From a virus (taxonomy: Duplodnaviria > Caudoviricetes): DNA of 25,926 nucleotides. The notes below the pieces were generated by a model. It searched no databases. It was not told where the DNA came from and worked only from the letters and a program-made list of their open reading frames with translations. Of the stretch, positions 14,116 to 22,952 are shown one piece after another. Numbering within the stretch: position 1 is the first letter of the stretch; each line of letters starts with the position of its first letter. The translations under genes and the position numbers were made by a program. Location of the stretch: positions 1 to 25,926 of IMG/VR virus record IMGVR_UViG_3300017646_000010. One strand, given 5' to 3'.

Positions 14116-16197
14116 TTATCGGTCCGAAAGATCGCCGGCGTCACGATCGGCCAGCGTGTGTCGGCTTCGCAATCGCGGGCGGCGTTCCTCGATCGCCGGC
14201 CGCTTCCGCGCCTCTCGCCAGGCTTCCCACTTCTCGACGTCCCAGCCCAGGTCGCCGACGATCATGTAGGCGGCGACCAGACCGTAGATCTCGCAGTCCC
14301 AGAAGTCGACCGGGATCTTGTGATTCCGCGGGGCCCAGACCGGGCGGCGCAGGCCCGACTTCGGATCGACCTTCACCGACGGCCCGAAGTTGGTGATCTG
14401 TTCGAGGTAGTTCATCCCCTGCGTCAGCGTGTCGCTCGTGACATGCCATGAGCCGAGCTTGCCCGCCTGGCCGGTGATCTTCTCGAGCAGTTCGTCGTAG
14501 AACGGGTAAACGTAGATGCCCCACTGATTGAGGCCCCCTTCGTACACTTCGCCGGTGCGGGCGTTGGTCTCAATGAGGTTATGCCGCCAGCGCACCTCGG
14601 GGCTCAGTTGGTGATCGCCGCGGATGGCTCGGACGCGCGGGCTCTCTCCGTAGACCCACGCTTCCGGTAGCGACCGCAGCCAATGGTGCACCTTGAACGG
14701 GAGGTGATTGCTGTCGATGCAGAGCAGCTTCACCTTCAGCCGCTTGTAGCCGAGCGGATTGGCGACGTTCTCGCCGGCGGCGTTCACGACCGGGAAGTCG
14801 AGTTCGAGGACGCGCTCCCGCAATTGGCGGAGATCGCTCTTGACCAGCTCGTGCTCGTCCTGCCCGTTGCGATCGAGCCAGCCCCAATCGACGAGCCAGC
14901 TCGTGCAGCCCGGCGCCCAGGCCCGGATCGTGTAGCGCACGCCGTTGTTCTCGCCTTGCACGTCGGCCCCGGCCGACAGGAACCACGCCTCGGCCGGCAC
15001 CGTTCGCCGCGGATGGTAGCCGGCGAGATCGCGCCCCACCTGGTGGGCGGCGCGGACCTTCTTCGTGGCTTTGTACTCCAGGCCGAGCCAGTTGCCGAAA
15101 AACTCGGGGAGCTTGCCGGCCTTGGCCGCCTCGACGTACGCCGCGGCAATATCGCCGAACGTGATTGTCTCGGAGTGGACCGACCACAGATGCACGCCGA
15201 CCGACCGCATCGACGCCGGCCACTCGCTGATCAGATTCCCCTGCTCGTCGAACTGGGCGCCGAGCGGAGCCATCACTCCGCGCTCGAGCATGATCTGCTT
15301 GTCCTCGTTGTCGATCCGGCAGCCGGCCTCGCAGACATAGTACGCCTGGCGGCGGGCCTGCTCGATCGACAGCAGCTCCCCCGCCTCGTCGCGGTAGCCG
15401 GCGATGCCCCCCTTCCCCTTCTTTTCTTCCTTGTGGAACGTGAAGAACCGCAGCTCCTGGCGGAGGCCGCAATGCGGACAGGGGACGTACCAGCGGAAGC
15501 GAGCCGACGCCGACGACTCGAGCTGGCAGATCTCCGACGGGTATTCGGTCGGGCTCGATTCGTGGTACTTCAGGCCGCGGAAGAACGCCTTGGTACGCTG
15601 GTGCGCGGCGGCGATCGGGTTCCCCGCTTTCTTGCTGCCCTGGTAGACGTCGATCTCCGTGAGGAACACGCGCCGGCAAGGCCGGCCGCGGAGACGCTGC
15701 CGCGAGCCAGCCCACGCCAGATAGAGCCGGCACGCCCCCAGATCGATATACCGCGTGTTCCACTTTCGCTCCGGCGGCACGCGTAGCCGGCTGCACTTCC
15801 CCGCGCGGATCGTCGCCCGCGCGGCCGCGTAAACGCGATCGCGCAGTTCGATCGCCGTGTCCTTATCCGGCGCGACCAGCATCAGCGGCGACGGATCGTT
15901 CTCCGCGCACCAGAGAATCGCCATGATCAGGCCGAGCGTCTTGCCGATCTGCGTTCCCGCCGGAATGGCGATCGAATCGACCTCGGGATTGGCGATCAGG
16001 TCGAGGACGAACTTCCACCACGGCCGGCTGTCGAGGTCGTAGCGCCCGGCGCCGGCTTCGACCTGCTTGTCGAGGCGTGCGTTCCTCGCGATCCAGTGGG
16101 ACGGTTTCGGCCGGGGGCGATGCCGCCACGCCGCCGCGAGCGCCCGCCGCAGGGCCTTGCGGTTCCGTCGTTTGGCTTCGGCCAGGCTGAGAATCAT
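14116..16197 (-). CDS. Terminase large subunit, lambda gpA family (693 aa)
   Basis: Walker A GTQIGKT, Walker B-like VFLTEID, SSPT coupling motif, YVPCPHCG, nuclease AGADVQ, IDS, DFWDCEIY. Confidence 0.95.
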   Translation of the reverse strand: MILSLAEAKRRNRKALRRALAAAWRHRPRPKPSHWIARNARLDKQVEAGAGRYDLDSRPWWKFVLDLIANPEVDSIAIPAGTQIGKTLGLIMAILWCAENDPSPLMLVAPDKDTAIELRDRVYAAARATIRAGKCSRLRVPPERKWNTRYIDLGACRLYLAWAGSRQRLRGRPCRRVFLTEIDVYQGSKKAGNPIAAAHQRTKAFFRGLKYHESSPTEYPSEICQLESSASARFRWYVPCPHCGLRQELRFFTFHKEEKKGKGGIAGYRDEAGELLSIEQARRQAYYVCEAGCRIDNEDKQIMLERGVMAPLGAQFDEQGNLISEWPASMRSVGVHLWSVHSETITFGDIAAAYVEAAKAGKLPEFFGNWLGLEYKATKKVRAAHQVGRDLAGYHPRRTVPAEAWFLSAGADVQGENNGVRYTIRAWAPGCTSWLVDWGWLDRNGQDEHELVKSDLRQLRERVLELDFPVVNAAGENVANPLGYKRLKVKLLCIDSNHLPFKVHHWLRSLPEAWVYGESPRVRAIRGDHQLSPEVRWRHNLIETNARTGEVYEGGLNQWGIYVYPFYDELLEKITGQAGKLGSWHVTSDTLTQGMNYLEQITNFGPSVKVDPKSGLRRPVWAPRNHKIPVDFWDCEIYGLVAAYMIVGDLGWDVEKWEAWREARKRPAIEERRPRLRSRHTLADRDAGDLSDR

Positions 16198-16919
16198 TCG
16201 TCCGTCCCGTCCTCGTCGTCTTCCGTTTCGTCCGTGTCCTTACTGAGCATCTGATCGATGGCCCCGTACGCGTCCTTGAGCGACCGCTCGATCACCGCCC
16301 GAATCCTCGCGCGAATTTTGGGCGCGAGTTTCGCCGGCAGGCGGGCGTCGACGCGGTCGGCCAGTTGGTCGAGCACGCTCTTCGCCGTGGCAATCGAGAA
16401 CTCGCAGTAGCGGGTCATGTCGTCGAGGTCGAGGATCTTGCCCAGCTCGCGCTCGTAGGCGAGCTCGCTCCGCTGGGCCTCGATCTCCAGCTTCCGCTCG
16501 CGGAGCGTGTTCATCCGCGAGTCGGCCTTGCCGTTCCCCTCGCCGGTCCCGTACCGCGCGGCCCGCCAGGCTCGGATCTGCTCGATCGGGAAGTAGGCCT
16601 CCCGGCAGCCCGGCCGGCCGGGTTTCCCTGGAAACCCCGGTTCCGTAACCCAGCGGTTGAAGCGGTCGTGGCTGATGCCGAGCGCCGCGGCGGCCTCGGC
16701 CGCGGTCGTAGCAATCTGCTCCGGCTCCTCCTCGGGCTCGGGCTCGGGCTCGCGCGTCGCCTTGCCGTGATCGATGAGCCACTGCGTCACCGCGTCCGGA
16801 TCGAACTGCAGCGCCCGACCTTTGGTCGCCGCTGGCATTCCCTCCTTGCGCCACTGCCGGACCTTCTTCGCGTCGACGCCCAGTCGTTCGCACAGTTCGG
16901 CCAGCGTGAGAGGTTCCAT
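16194..16919 (-). CDS. Terminase small subunit, Nu1-like (241 aa)
   Basis: N-terminal winged HTH (LAELCERLGVDAKKVRQWRKEGMP), a second HTH, coiled coil ELAYERELGKILD, coupled to the large subunit. Confidence 0.88.
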   Translation of the reverse strand: MEPLTLAELCERLGVDAKKVRQWRKEGMPAATKGRALQFDPDAVTQWLIDHGKATREPEPEPEEEPEQIATTAAEAAAALGISHDRFNRWVTEPGFPGKPGRPGCREAYFPIEQIRAWRAARYGTGEGNGKADSRMNTLRERKLEIEAQRSELAYERELGKILDLDDMTRYCEFSIATAKSVLDQLADRVDARLPAKLAPKIRARIRAVIERSLKDAYGAIDQMLSKDTDETEDDEDGTDE

Positions 16920-16928
16920 GCAACACGA

Positions 16929-17237
16929 TCACCCCAGCAACTTCAGGCCGCGGAAAGGTTGGTCCGCCGGTGGCGGCTTCGACATTCCCAGGTCCGCTGC
17001 GGCCGGCGTCTCCTCCGGCTCGTCGTGGGCCATGCCCTTCGGCCAATCGCGGCGGAGCTGGTCCGCGATGATCTTGAAGCGATCGCACCAGCTCTTCGAC
17101 ACCGTGAGCAACTGACCGCGCTTATTGGCGACGGCGTCGCTCAACTCGAGCTCCTGTCCGAGCAGCTCAAGTGCCGTCATGGCGAGCCGGCGGATCTTCG
17201 CCTGGCTCGCGCGAGCTCGCTTTCGTGAAACCGCCAA
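16929..17237 (-). CDS. Hypothetical protein (102 aa)
   Basis: TTG start with GGAGG 8 nt upstream, directly before the small terminase. Confidence 0.6.
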   Translation of the reverse strand: MAVSRKRARASQAKIRRLAMTALELLGQELELSDAVANKRGQLLTVSKSWCDRFKIIADQLRRDWPKGMAHDEPEETPAAADLGMSKPPPADQPFRGLKLLG

Positions 17238-17309
17238 GGAGGGGACCTCCCGCCAAAATTTGGACTAGGGCCATTTTTGGGTTGTTGTTGTTGTCGTTGC
17301 CGCCGTCCC

Positions 17310-17464
17310 GAACAAAACACTCGCGACGCCATCCCAAGGCCACCGCGCGCGTCTAAAAGCGGGAAAAAAGGACCCAAAAGGGGGCCTAAAAATAAAGACT
17401 TACGTCGATTTTCCTCGCCGTAAGTCCAATGATTCCGTCGGTCGGACTACGTCGTAAGTCCAAT
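17310..17464 (-). other. Candidate cos/packaging region
   Basis: AT-richer gap upstream of the terminase operon. Minus-strand GGGTCCT (17369-17375) equals lambda cosQ, followed by CGCGAGTGTTTT. CGTAAGTC inverted and direct repeats nearby. Confidence 0.35.
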
Positions 17465-17629
17465 CGCGAACACCACGCCACCGAGGCCCCAACACACGCG
17501 CCAGCGGAGGTGCAGAACGACGAGCACAAGGCCGTAAACGAGCGGTGGGGCAAGCAGCCCCACCACGGCCATAGAGAGCATCACGAGCGCCGCTTCTCTG
17601 CGGCGATTTGGCGGTCTGAAGAGCGTCAT
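17447..17629 (-). CDS. Small hydrophobic membrane protein (60 aa)
   Basis: ATGA coupling, mostly hydrophobic. Confidence 0.45.
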   Translation of the reverse strand: MTLFRPPNRRREAALVMLSMAVVGLLAPPLVYGLVLVVLHLRWRVCWGLGGVVFAIGLTT

Positions 17630-18486
17630 CGTCGGTAGCGGCAATTCACGCAAGCGCGACGTCGCACCGACTGGACGCTGTATCCGTTGGCGTAAGTCCA
17701 TCCGTTCGGAGCCATCGGCCGCTGCAGCACGTAGTCGTCAAAAGTGAGGTCACCGACGCGTTTCCAGCCCACGCCCGGCCCGGCCGCAACTGGTGCGTGC
17801 CCGTAGCCCGCTTGCACGCTGGGAGCCGCAGGAAACGTCGGGGGATCGACGATCGCTCCCCGTTCATCCGGCTCGAAGAGCTGCGGCCCGCGAAACTCCT
17901 GGGCCGACGCCGTCGCCGCACCGAAGAGGATCGCCACCGCGAGCAGCACCGCCGAGGCAACGGCCGTCGTAGGCGATGGACTCGCCGTCGGCTTTGATGC
18001 GGCCGGCGAAGCGTTCGGCGTCGCAGCGGTGAGCTTCACAGGCGCCGCCGCAAGTGCCGCATGCAGATCGATTCCGAGCTCGCCGCTGAGGTAATCGAGC
18101 AGCGCGCGACGTCGCGTCGGATCCGCGAGCTGGGCTCGGATCTGACCGTAGAAGAACGGCTCGAGGATCTTTGCGAACGTGCCTTGCTCCTTCACGAGTC
18201 GCACCAGGTGTTTGAACTCCTGAAGCAATCGATCCCGGTCGTTTGCGTGCGTGGCTTTGAGCAGGCTTTTGAACACGCCGAGCCCTTCTCGATCGGCGAC
18301 GAAGGCGGCCGACAGCGCCTGCTCGGCCACGGTGCTGGCCGGCGTGGCCGTCGGATCCGCGGCCAGTCGCTGCCGCACGAAGTAGACGGCGAGGGCCACG
18401 AGAACGCCGACGACTCCGACCAGTGCAAGGAGCCCAAGAACGCCGACAAAGGCCGTGATCGGCCCGATGGTGACTGCGAACAACAT
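17626..18486 (-). CDS. Membrane protein (286 aa) with N-terminal TM and an internal signal-peptide-like segment
   Basis: GGAG RBS, hydrophobic N-terminus, later AVLLAVAILFGAATASA-Q. Confidence 0.7.
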   Translation of the reverse strand: MLFAVTIGPITAFVGVLGLLALVGVVGVLVALAVYFVRQRLAADPTATPASTVAEQALSAAFVADREGLGVFKSLLKATHANDRDRLLQEFKHLVRLVKEQGTFAKILEPFFYGQIRAQLADPTRRRALLDYLSGELGIDLHAALAAAPVKLTAATPNASPAASKPTASPSPTTAVASAVLLAVAILFGAATASAQEFRGPQLFEPDERGAIVDPPTFPAAPSVQAGYGHAPVAAGPGVGWKRVGDLTFDDYVLQRPMAPNGWTYANGYSVQSVRRRACVNCRYRR

Positions 18487-18538
18487 CTGAAAACTCTCCG
18501 ATACCGAGTGAAGTGCGAAACGATGGCGACGGCCAGGC

Positions 18539-19276
18539 TCAATAGAGCGCGGCCGTGTTGCGGCTCGACGGACGCCGTAGGAACACGAACAGGCACAGCA
18601 CCAGCAGCAGGACGCCGACGGCGAACCCGCCGCCCACCAGGAGCAGCAGCACCAGAGCGAAGAGGTAGTTCTTCGCGTTGGGTTTCGGCAGGATCTCTGG
18701 AATCAGCGGCTGAACGTTCTGGTCGGGAGTCACGACTGGCTGCACCGGGCAGTTGCCGTCGGGGCATTGCTCACGCTCGATCGGCGTGAAGTCCGACTGG
18801 CCCTCGAATCGCGGCGCCGCGAAGTGCGACTCCAGCGAATCGGCGATCATGTCGGCCAGCTCGCCGCCGGTGCGCGGCATGCTGAGGCCGGTCACGTTCA
18901 TCAGCACGTCGCCGTTCGGACGCTGGATCGTCACGATGGGCACGTTAGCGCCGACCGACCGCTTCAGGCGGCTGACGTAGAGCGGATTGCTGAGCGTGTA
19001 CCAGTTCCACCGCATCTGGGCCTTGTAGCGCACGAGCCGCGGATCGCTGTGGAACCAGCCGGCCACCTGACGCTGCCGCGAATCTGCCTGCCAGTTGTCC
19101 GCGGTCACCAGCGTCATGTAGAGCTTGTCCGCCTCGGCGGTCGGCAGATCGGCCATGCGGCCGGAGTTGTAGCGGCTCACGGAAGAATTGCCGTCGACGA
19201 CCTTGTCGCGGACGTCGGCCTGGCCGAACGCGAGCGCCGGCACGGCGAGCAGCAGAAGGAGAGCGGCAGTTTTCAT
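18539..19276 (-). CDS. Exported protein with C-terminal TM anchor (245 aa)
   Basis: Start ATG 19276 (GAGG RBS), signal peptide MKTAALLLLLAVPALAFG-Q, CPDGNCP motif, C-terminal hydrophobic run. Confidence 0.75.
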   Translation of the reverse strand: MKTAALLLLLAVPALAFGQADVRDKVVDGNSSVSRYNSGRMADLPTAEADKLYMTLVTADNWQADSRQRQVAGWFHSDPRLVRYKAQMRWNWYTLSNPLYVSRLKRSVGANVPIVTIQRPNGDVLMNVTGLSMPRTGGELADMIADSLESHFAAPRFEGQSDFTPIEREQCPDGNCPVQPVVTPDQNVQPLIPEILPKPNAKNYLFALVLLLLVGGGFAVGVLLLVLCLFVFLRRPSSRNTAALY

Positions 19277-19332
19277 AAGCGGATCCTCGGAACGTTGGAG
19301 TTGGATTGGAATCAGCGGCTCCGGCGAGTCGC

Positions 19333-19947
19333 TTACGACGAAACCCAAGGAATCGGGGGAGCCGGCGATCCGATCTGCGGCACGATGGCCACGCCGCCGT
19401 ATCCCTTCCAGTTGCGAATGAAGGTCGCTCGCGGGATCTCGATGAACCGATCGATCCGGTTGTTATCGAGGACAATCGCGCGCTCGGCGTCGATATGCAC
19501 GAGCAGGATCGAGTGGTTCGGGTAGTAGAAGATCACCGCCCCGCGCCGTTCGGCGATACACCGATCGAGCACGGAGACGTCGCCGCTGGCCGTCGCGTAG
19601 TAGGGGATCTTGGCCTTGCGCAGCTTCGCGGTGAGCCCGTTGTACGATTCGCCGCCCGAATAGGTCTGTCGCCACCACTTGGCGAGCTCCAGGTTGTTCG
19701 CCCAGCGGAGCTGCATCACGTTCGACGCGTGAACGCACGAACCGCCGCCCCAATTCCACTCGCGCAGCTCGCGCGGCAGATTGACGGTCGGCAGTTCTCG
19801 CGGCGGCTGCGGCGTGGATCGCGGCGGACATTTGCCGTCGGGGCAGCCAGGCGGATAGGCGCCGTCGTCAATTTCGATCTCGCAGCCGGCCAGACCGGCG
19901 ACGAGCAATCCGAGCAGCGCGAGCGACCATCGCGATTTGCGGTTCAT
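19333..19947 (-). CDS. Lipoprotein with papain-like/C39-type cysteine peptidase domain (204 aa)
   Basis: Lipobox LAGC. GGSCVHAS...HSILLV...VLDNN gives Cys-His-Asp order. CPDGKCP motif. Confidence 0.65.
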   Translation of the reverse strand: MNRKSRWSLALLGLLVAGLAGCEIEIDDGAYPPGCPDGKCPPRSTPQPPRELPTVNLPRELREWNWGGGSCVHASNVMQLRWANNLELAKWWRQTYSGGESYNGLTAKLRKAKIPYYATASGDVSVLDRCIAERRGAVIFYYPNHSILLVHIDAERAIVLDNNRIDRFIEIPRATFIRNWKGYGGVAIVPQIGSPAPPIPWVSS

Positions 19948-20165
19948 GAGCGATTCTTCCAGGGTCTCAGCGGGTAGTGCGGACGGGTTTCCTCCGGAAG
20001 TCGTTTATCCTTCCATGGCCGAAGCGGACGCCGCTCGTGGCGGCAGTCCTGGCAAATGGCGACCACGACCAGCAAACCGATGAGCAGCCAAACGATCCCG
20101 CGACGCATACGCCACGCGGTGCGCGCGATCGCAAATAGCTCGAGAAAGGTCGCCAGCCAGCCCAT
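19944..20165 (-). CDS. Small membrane protein (73 aa)
   Basis: One clear TM and a basic tail, ATGA-coupled to the next gene. Confidence 0.6.
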   Translation of the reverse strand: MGWLATFLELFAIARTAWRMRRGIVWLLIGLLVVVAICQDCRHERRPLRPWKDKRLPEETRPHYPLRPWKNRS

Positions 20166-20177
20166 GGGGAGTGCCGC

Positions 20178-20357
20178 TTACCGCGATTGGAGCTTGAGGC
20201 GGACGGCGTTCGTTACGACCGCGAGCAGGGCGGTGACCAGCGGCGCGAGACTCCCGAAATCTTGACCGCTGGCCCATTGGGAGACGTAGGTGAGAGCGGC
20301 GCCGATCGCGGCGACGCCGGCCCCCTTGGCCAGCGAGACGAGCTTATCCTTGGACAT
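20178..20357 (-). CDS. Holin-like two-TM protein (59 aa)
   Basis: ATG 20357 with GAGG RBS, two hydrophobic helices, basic C-terminus. Confidence 0.6.
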   Translation of the reverse strand: MSKDKLVSLAKGAGVAAIGAALTYVSQWASGQDFGSLAPLVTALLAVVTNAVRLKLQSR

Positions 20358-20389
20358 TGCGACCTCTGCGTGCGAAGCGGACTCGGTTG

Positions 20390-21004
20390 TCAGCCGGATC
20401 TCCCCTCGCTCGTCGCAGCACAAGCTACGCAGGGCCAGAACCTCACGACGCCGTGCACGGGGCAACGTTTTCCCCGGACACGCTTGGGCCGGAAGTCGCA
20501 ATCGGGCGTCTCTTCGTCGAGCCGCCGGGCGAATGCTCTGGTGACCGTCGACTTGTTGATGCGGAGCTTGGCGGAAATCTCAGTGCCCGTGAGTTTCGCT
20601 TCGCGGACGAGCCGTTGGAGCGTCCGACTTTTTCTCGGACTCAGATCGGTCGGAGGCCGGTGCTTGATGCGATACCGCACCGCGAGCGAATGGAGCGTCG
20701 ATCGCGGCCGCCCCATGATGCGGGCCGCTTCGCGGAACGACTTGCCTTGGTGCGTGAGGAGCTGGCGCAGCCGCTTGAGGACGCGGTCCGTTTCCGCCGC
20801 GGCCGGCGTGAGACGAGGGGACTTCCGCGGGCCGGAACGCCTCGCCGGCGACGCCTGGCGTCGCGCCGCTGCCGGCTGCGGTCCCTCCTCGGAACGTTGT
20901 CGCTTGCGCTGCGATCCTTCGACGACCTCGCGGAGACGCGCCACCGTGCGCGCGGTCTCGCTTGGCAGGGGAAGATGCGCCACGAGTCTCGCTTGGGAGC
21001 GCAC
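20390..21004 (-). CDS. Tandem-HTH DNA-binding protein with C-terminal Zn ribbon (start uncertain)
   Basis: SFREAARIMGRPRSTL and TGTEISAKLRINKSTV HTHs, CPVH...CVAC. Confidence 0.65.
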   Translation of the reverse strand: MRSQARLVAHLPLPSETARTVARLREVVEGSQRKRQRSEEGPQPAAARRQASPARRSGPRKSPRLTPAAAETDRVLKRLRQLLTHQGKSFREAARIMGRPRSTLHSLAVRYRIKHRPPTDLSPRKSRTLQRLVREAKLTGTEISAKLRINKSTVTRAFARRLDEETPDCDFRPKRVRGKRCPVHGVVRFWPCVACAATSEGRSG

Positions 21005-21231
21005 CGCGGGAGGACGCTGCGGTTTCAGACGCCGCGGCCGTGCCCTCGGTAAGCGCCCAACTTTCTATGCTGGGCGGCGATTGCAGAAACGATTATGAAC
21101 ATTTACAAATGAACGTGGAAGCCTTTGTTCCCGAAACGGTCGCCCGCTGCGGGCCGGCCCTCAGCAAAGCCGGGAGCGTCCTGCGGCGATTCTCTCCGCT
21201 TGCCGGCCTGCAGCCGGCGATCGTCGCTAGC

Positions 21232-21471
21232 TTACGAGTCGAGCGGAAACGAGCGACGGCCGAGATCGCTGAGCAGTTGCGGCGGCAGCCCGATTTGGTC
21301 GTATAGCCGCTGCGGCGTGGCGCCGAGATCCTTGCGCAGGATCTCGCGGCAGTGCTTTTTCTCGATCGTGTGCTCCCCCTGAATCGCAAACGCCGGAGCG
21401 TCCCCCAGCGTCGTCAGAACGCGAAAGCGAATCTCGTCCTTCGTCTCGTGCACGATCTCGCCGAGTAGCAT
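21232..21471 (-). CDS. Hypothetical protein (79 aa)
   Basis: GGAGG RBS, natural composition. Confidence 0.6.
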   Translation of the reverse strand: MLLGEIVHETKDEIRFRVLTTLGDAPAFAIQGEHTIEKKHCREILRKDLGATPQRLYDQIGLPPQLLSDLGRRSFPLDS

Positions 21472-21600
21472 GGCCAGGCCCTCCGCGCGGTGAAAAACCG
21501 GCGCGACATATTCCGCGTTTGATAACAGGCCTGATCATCACCGAGGCGGACCGCCTAGTGCGGCGTCCAGGCCGTTACAATCGCGCCGGGAGAACGACCT

Positions 21601-21840
21601 ATGTCCGCTGAGCTGAATGCCGCTTTGGAAGCACGCCGAAAGGCCATGCGCGAGGGCTACGTCGACACGGAGGCGATCGAGACAATCGACCGCCTGCTAC
21701 CGACGTCCGACCCCCGGCATCCGTTCCACGCGAACTTTGTCGCCGGGAAGATGTTTGCCGAGGGCATCCAGCAGGCATACCTGCGGGCATTTCAGCTCGC
21801 TACTGCAGCTCCGCTTTTAGGCGAGCGACCGCGGCCTTAA
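21601..21840 (+). CDS. Hypothetical protein (79 aa), the only credible plus-strand gene
   Basis: GGGAG RBS, TACAAT -10 at 21576-21581. Overlaps the MTase 3' end convergently. Confidence 0.55.
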   Translation: MSAELNAALEARRKAMREGYVDTEAIETIDRLLPTSDPRHPFHANFVAGKMFAEGIQQAYLRAFQLATAAPLLGERPRP

Positions 21841-22543
21841 AGATCTCCGGATCCCGCTCAAATCCGAGGAACCGGCGACCGGTGCGATGGCAGGCCACGG
21901 CGAACGTCGCGCTGCCGGCGAAGGGATCGAGCACCAGGTGGCCGGCGTTGGTGTAGCTCTTCACCAGCCATTCACACATCAGCAACGGTTTCTGCGTCGG
22001 GTGATAGCGTTTGCCCCCGAGAGCGTTCAGGGCCAGGACGCTCGTCGGGTGGCGGTCGCCGTGGTTTACGGTCGGCAGAAACTTGTGATGCCGGTAGATC
22101 GTGGTCTTCGACTTCGCGGTGATGCGGTAGGGTTTGCCCGGCGTCTTTTGCGGGTTGTAGACGCTTTTGCCGGGCTGGCGGCAGAACACCATGATCAGTT
22201 CGTGACCGCGTAGCGGCTGCCGGTTCGCATTCAGAAAGCCGACGGCCTTCGCCTTGTGCCAGACCAGCTCGTAGCGGAAGTTCTTGCGATTGGAGTTGAT
22301 GAGATCGGTCGCGAACGGCTGCGCGGCGAAGCTGGCGACGATCGCGTTGGGCGGCGTGACGCGGTCGATCTCCTTCCACCACGCCGCCAGGTCGACCACC
22401 TTGTCCCAATGGCAATCGGTGCTGCCATAGGGATGGTCGGTGAGAACCGCCTGAACCGTTTCCGGGGACACGTCGGCGAGCAGCTCCATGCAATCGCCAT
22501 GAATCAGTTGAATCGCTCCATCTGCAGAGCTCCACTTTTTCAC
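21800..22543 (-). CDS. Orphan N4/N6 DNA methyltransferase, beta class (247 aa)
   Basis: LIHGDC, motif IV DHPY, HPTQKP, motif I LDPFAGS. Start likely GTG 22543. Confidence 0.92.
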   Translation of the reverse strand: MKKWSSADGAIQLIHGDCMELLADVSPETVQAVLTDHPYGSTDCHWDKVVDLAAWWKEIDRVTPPNAIVASFAAQPFATDLINSNRKNFRYELVWHKAKAVGFLNANRQPLRGHELIMVFCRQPGKSVYNPQKTPGKPYRITAKSKTTIYRHHKFLPTVNHGDRHPTSVLALNALGGKRYHPTQKPLLMCEWLVKSYTNAGHLVLDPFAGSATFAVACHRTGRRFLGFERDPEIFKAAVARLKAELQ

Positions 22544-22666
22544 CGGGGATCCTTTGCAACAAGAGGTGCTGAACTTAAAGAAGCAGCACCGTTGTCGCTC
22601 TGCGATCCGAGGCGAATCGGCGTCCAATTGGGAACTTGCGGGAAGCGCGATTGCCGGGCTGCGTTG

Positions 22667-22867
22667 TCAGTCGGCCGCTTTTTCCTCCGCCGCTTTCCGC
22701 CGGCGTTCAGCTTCGATCGCCTCCTGCACTTCCTGGCGATGGACCGGAACGTCGGTCGGGGCCTCGATGCCGAGTCGCACCTTGTCGCCGCGGACGTCGA
22801 CGACCGTGATCACGATGTGGTTTCCGATGACGATCTTCTCGTCACGCTTCCGACTGAGAACGAGCAT
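22667..22867 (-). CDS. csrA: Carbon storage regulator CsrA homolog (66 aa)
   Basis: MLVLSRKRDEKIVIG...VRLGIEAPTDVPVHRQEV, GGAGG RBS. Confidence 0.95.
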   Translation of the reverse strand: MLVLSRKRDEKIVIGNHIVITVVDVRGDKVRLGIEAPTDVPVHRQEVQEAIEAERRRKAAEEKAAD

Positions 22868-22952
22868 TGCAAGTGCCTCCGTGCTAATGAATCTGGCCGT
22901 TTGGGTTATAAGACTGGCCCGTCCAGTCATAAAACGGCCGTTTTTGAGACCG

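Noticed and set aside
16723-16752. CTCGGG tandem repeats
   Set aside because: Simply encode the EPEPEPE linker of the small terminase.
17278-17298. (GTT)n microsatellite
   Set aside because: Short, intergenic, no evidence of phase variation.
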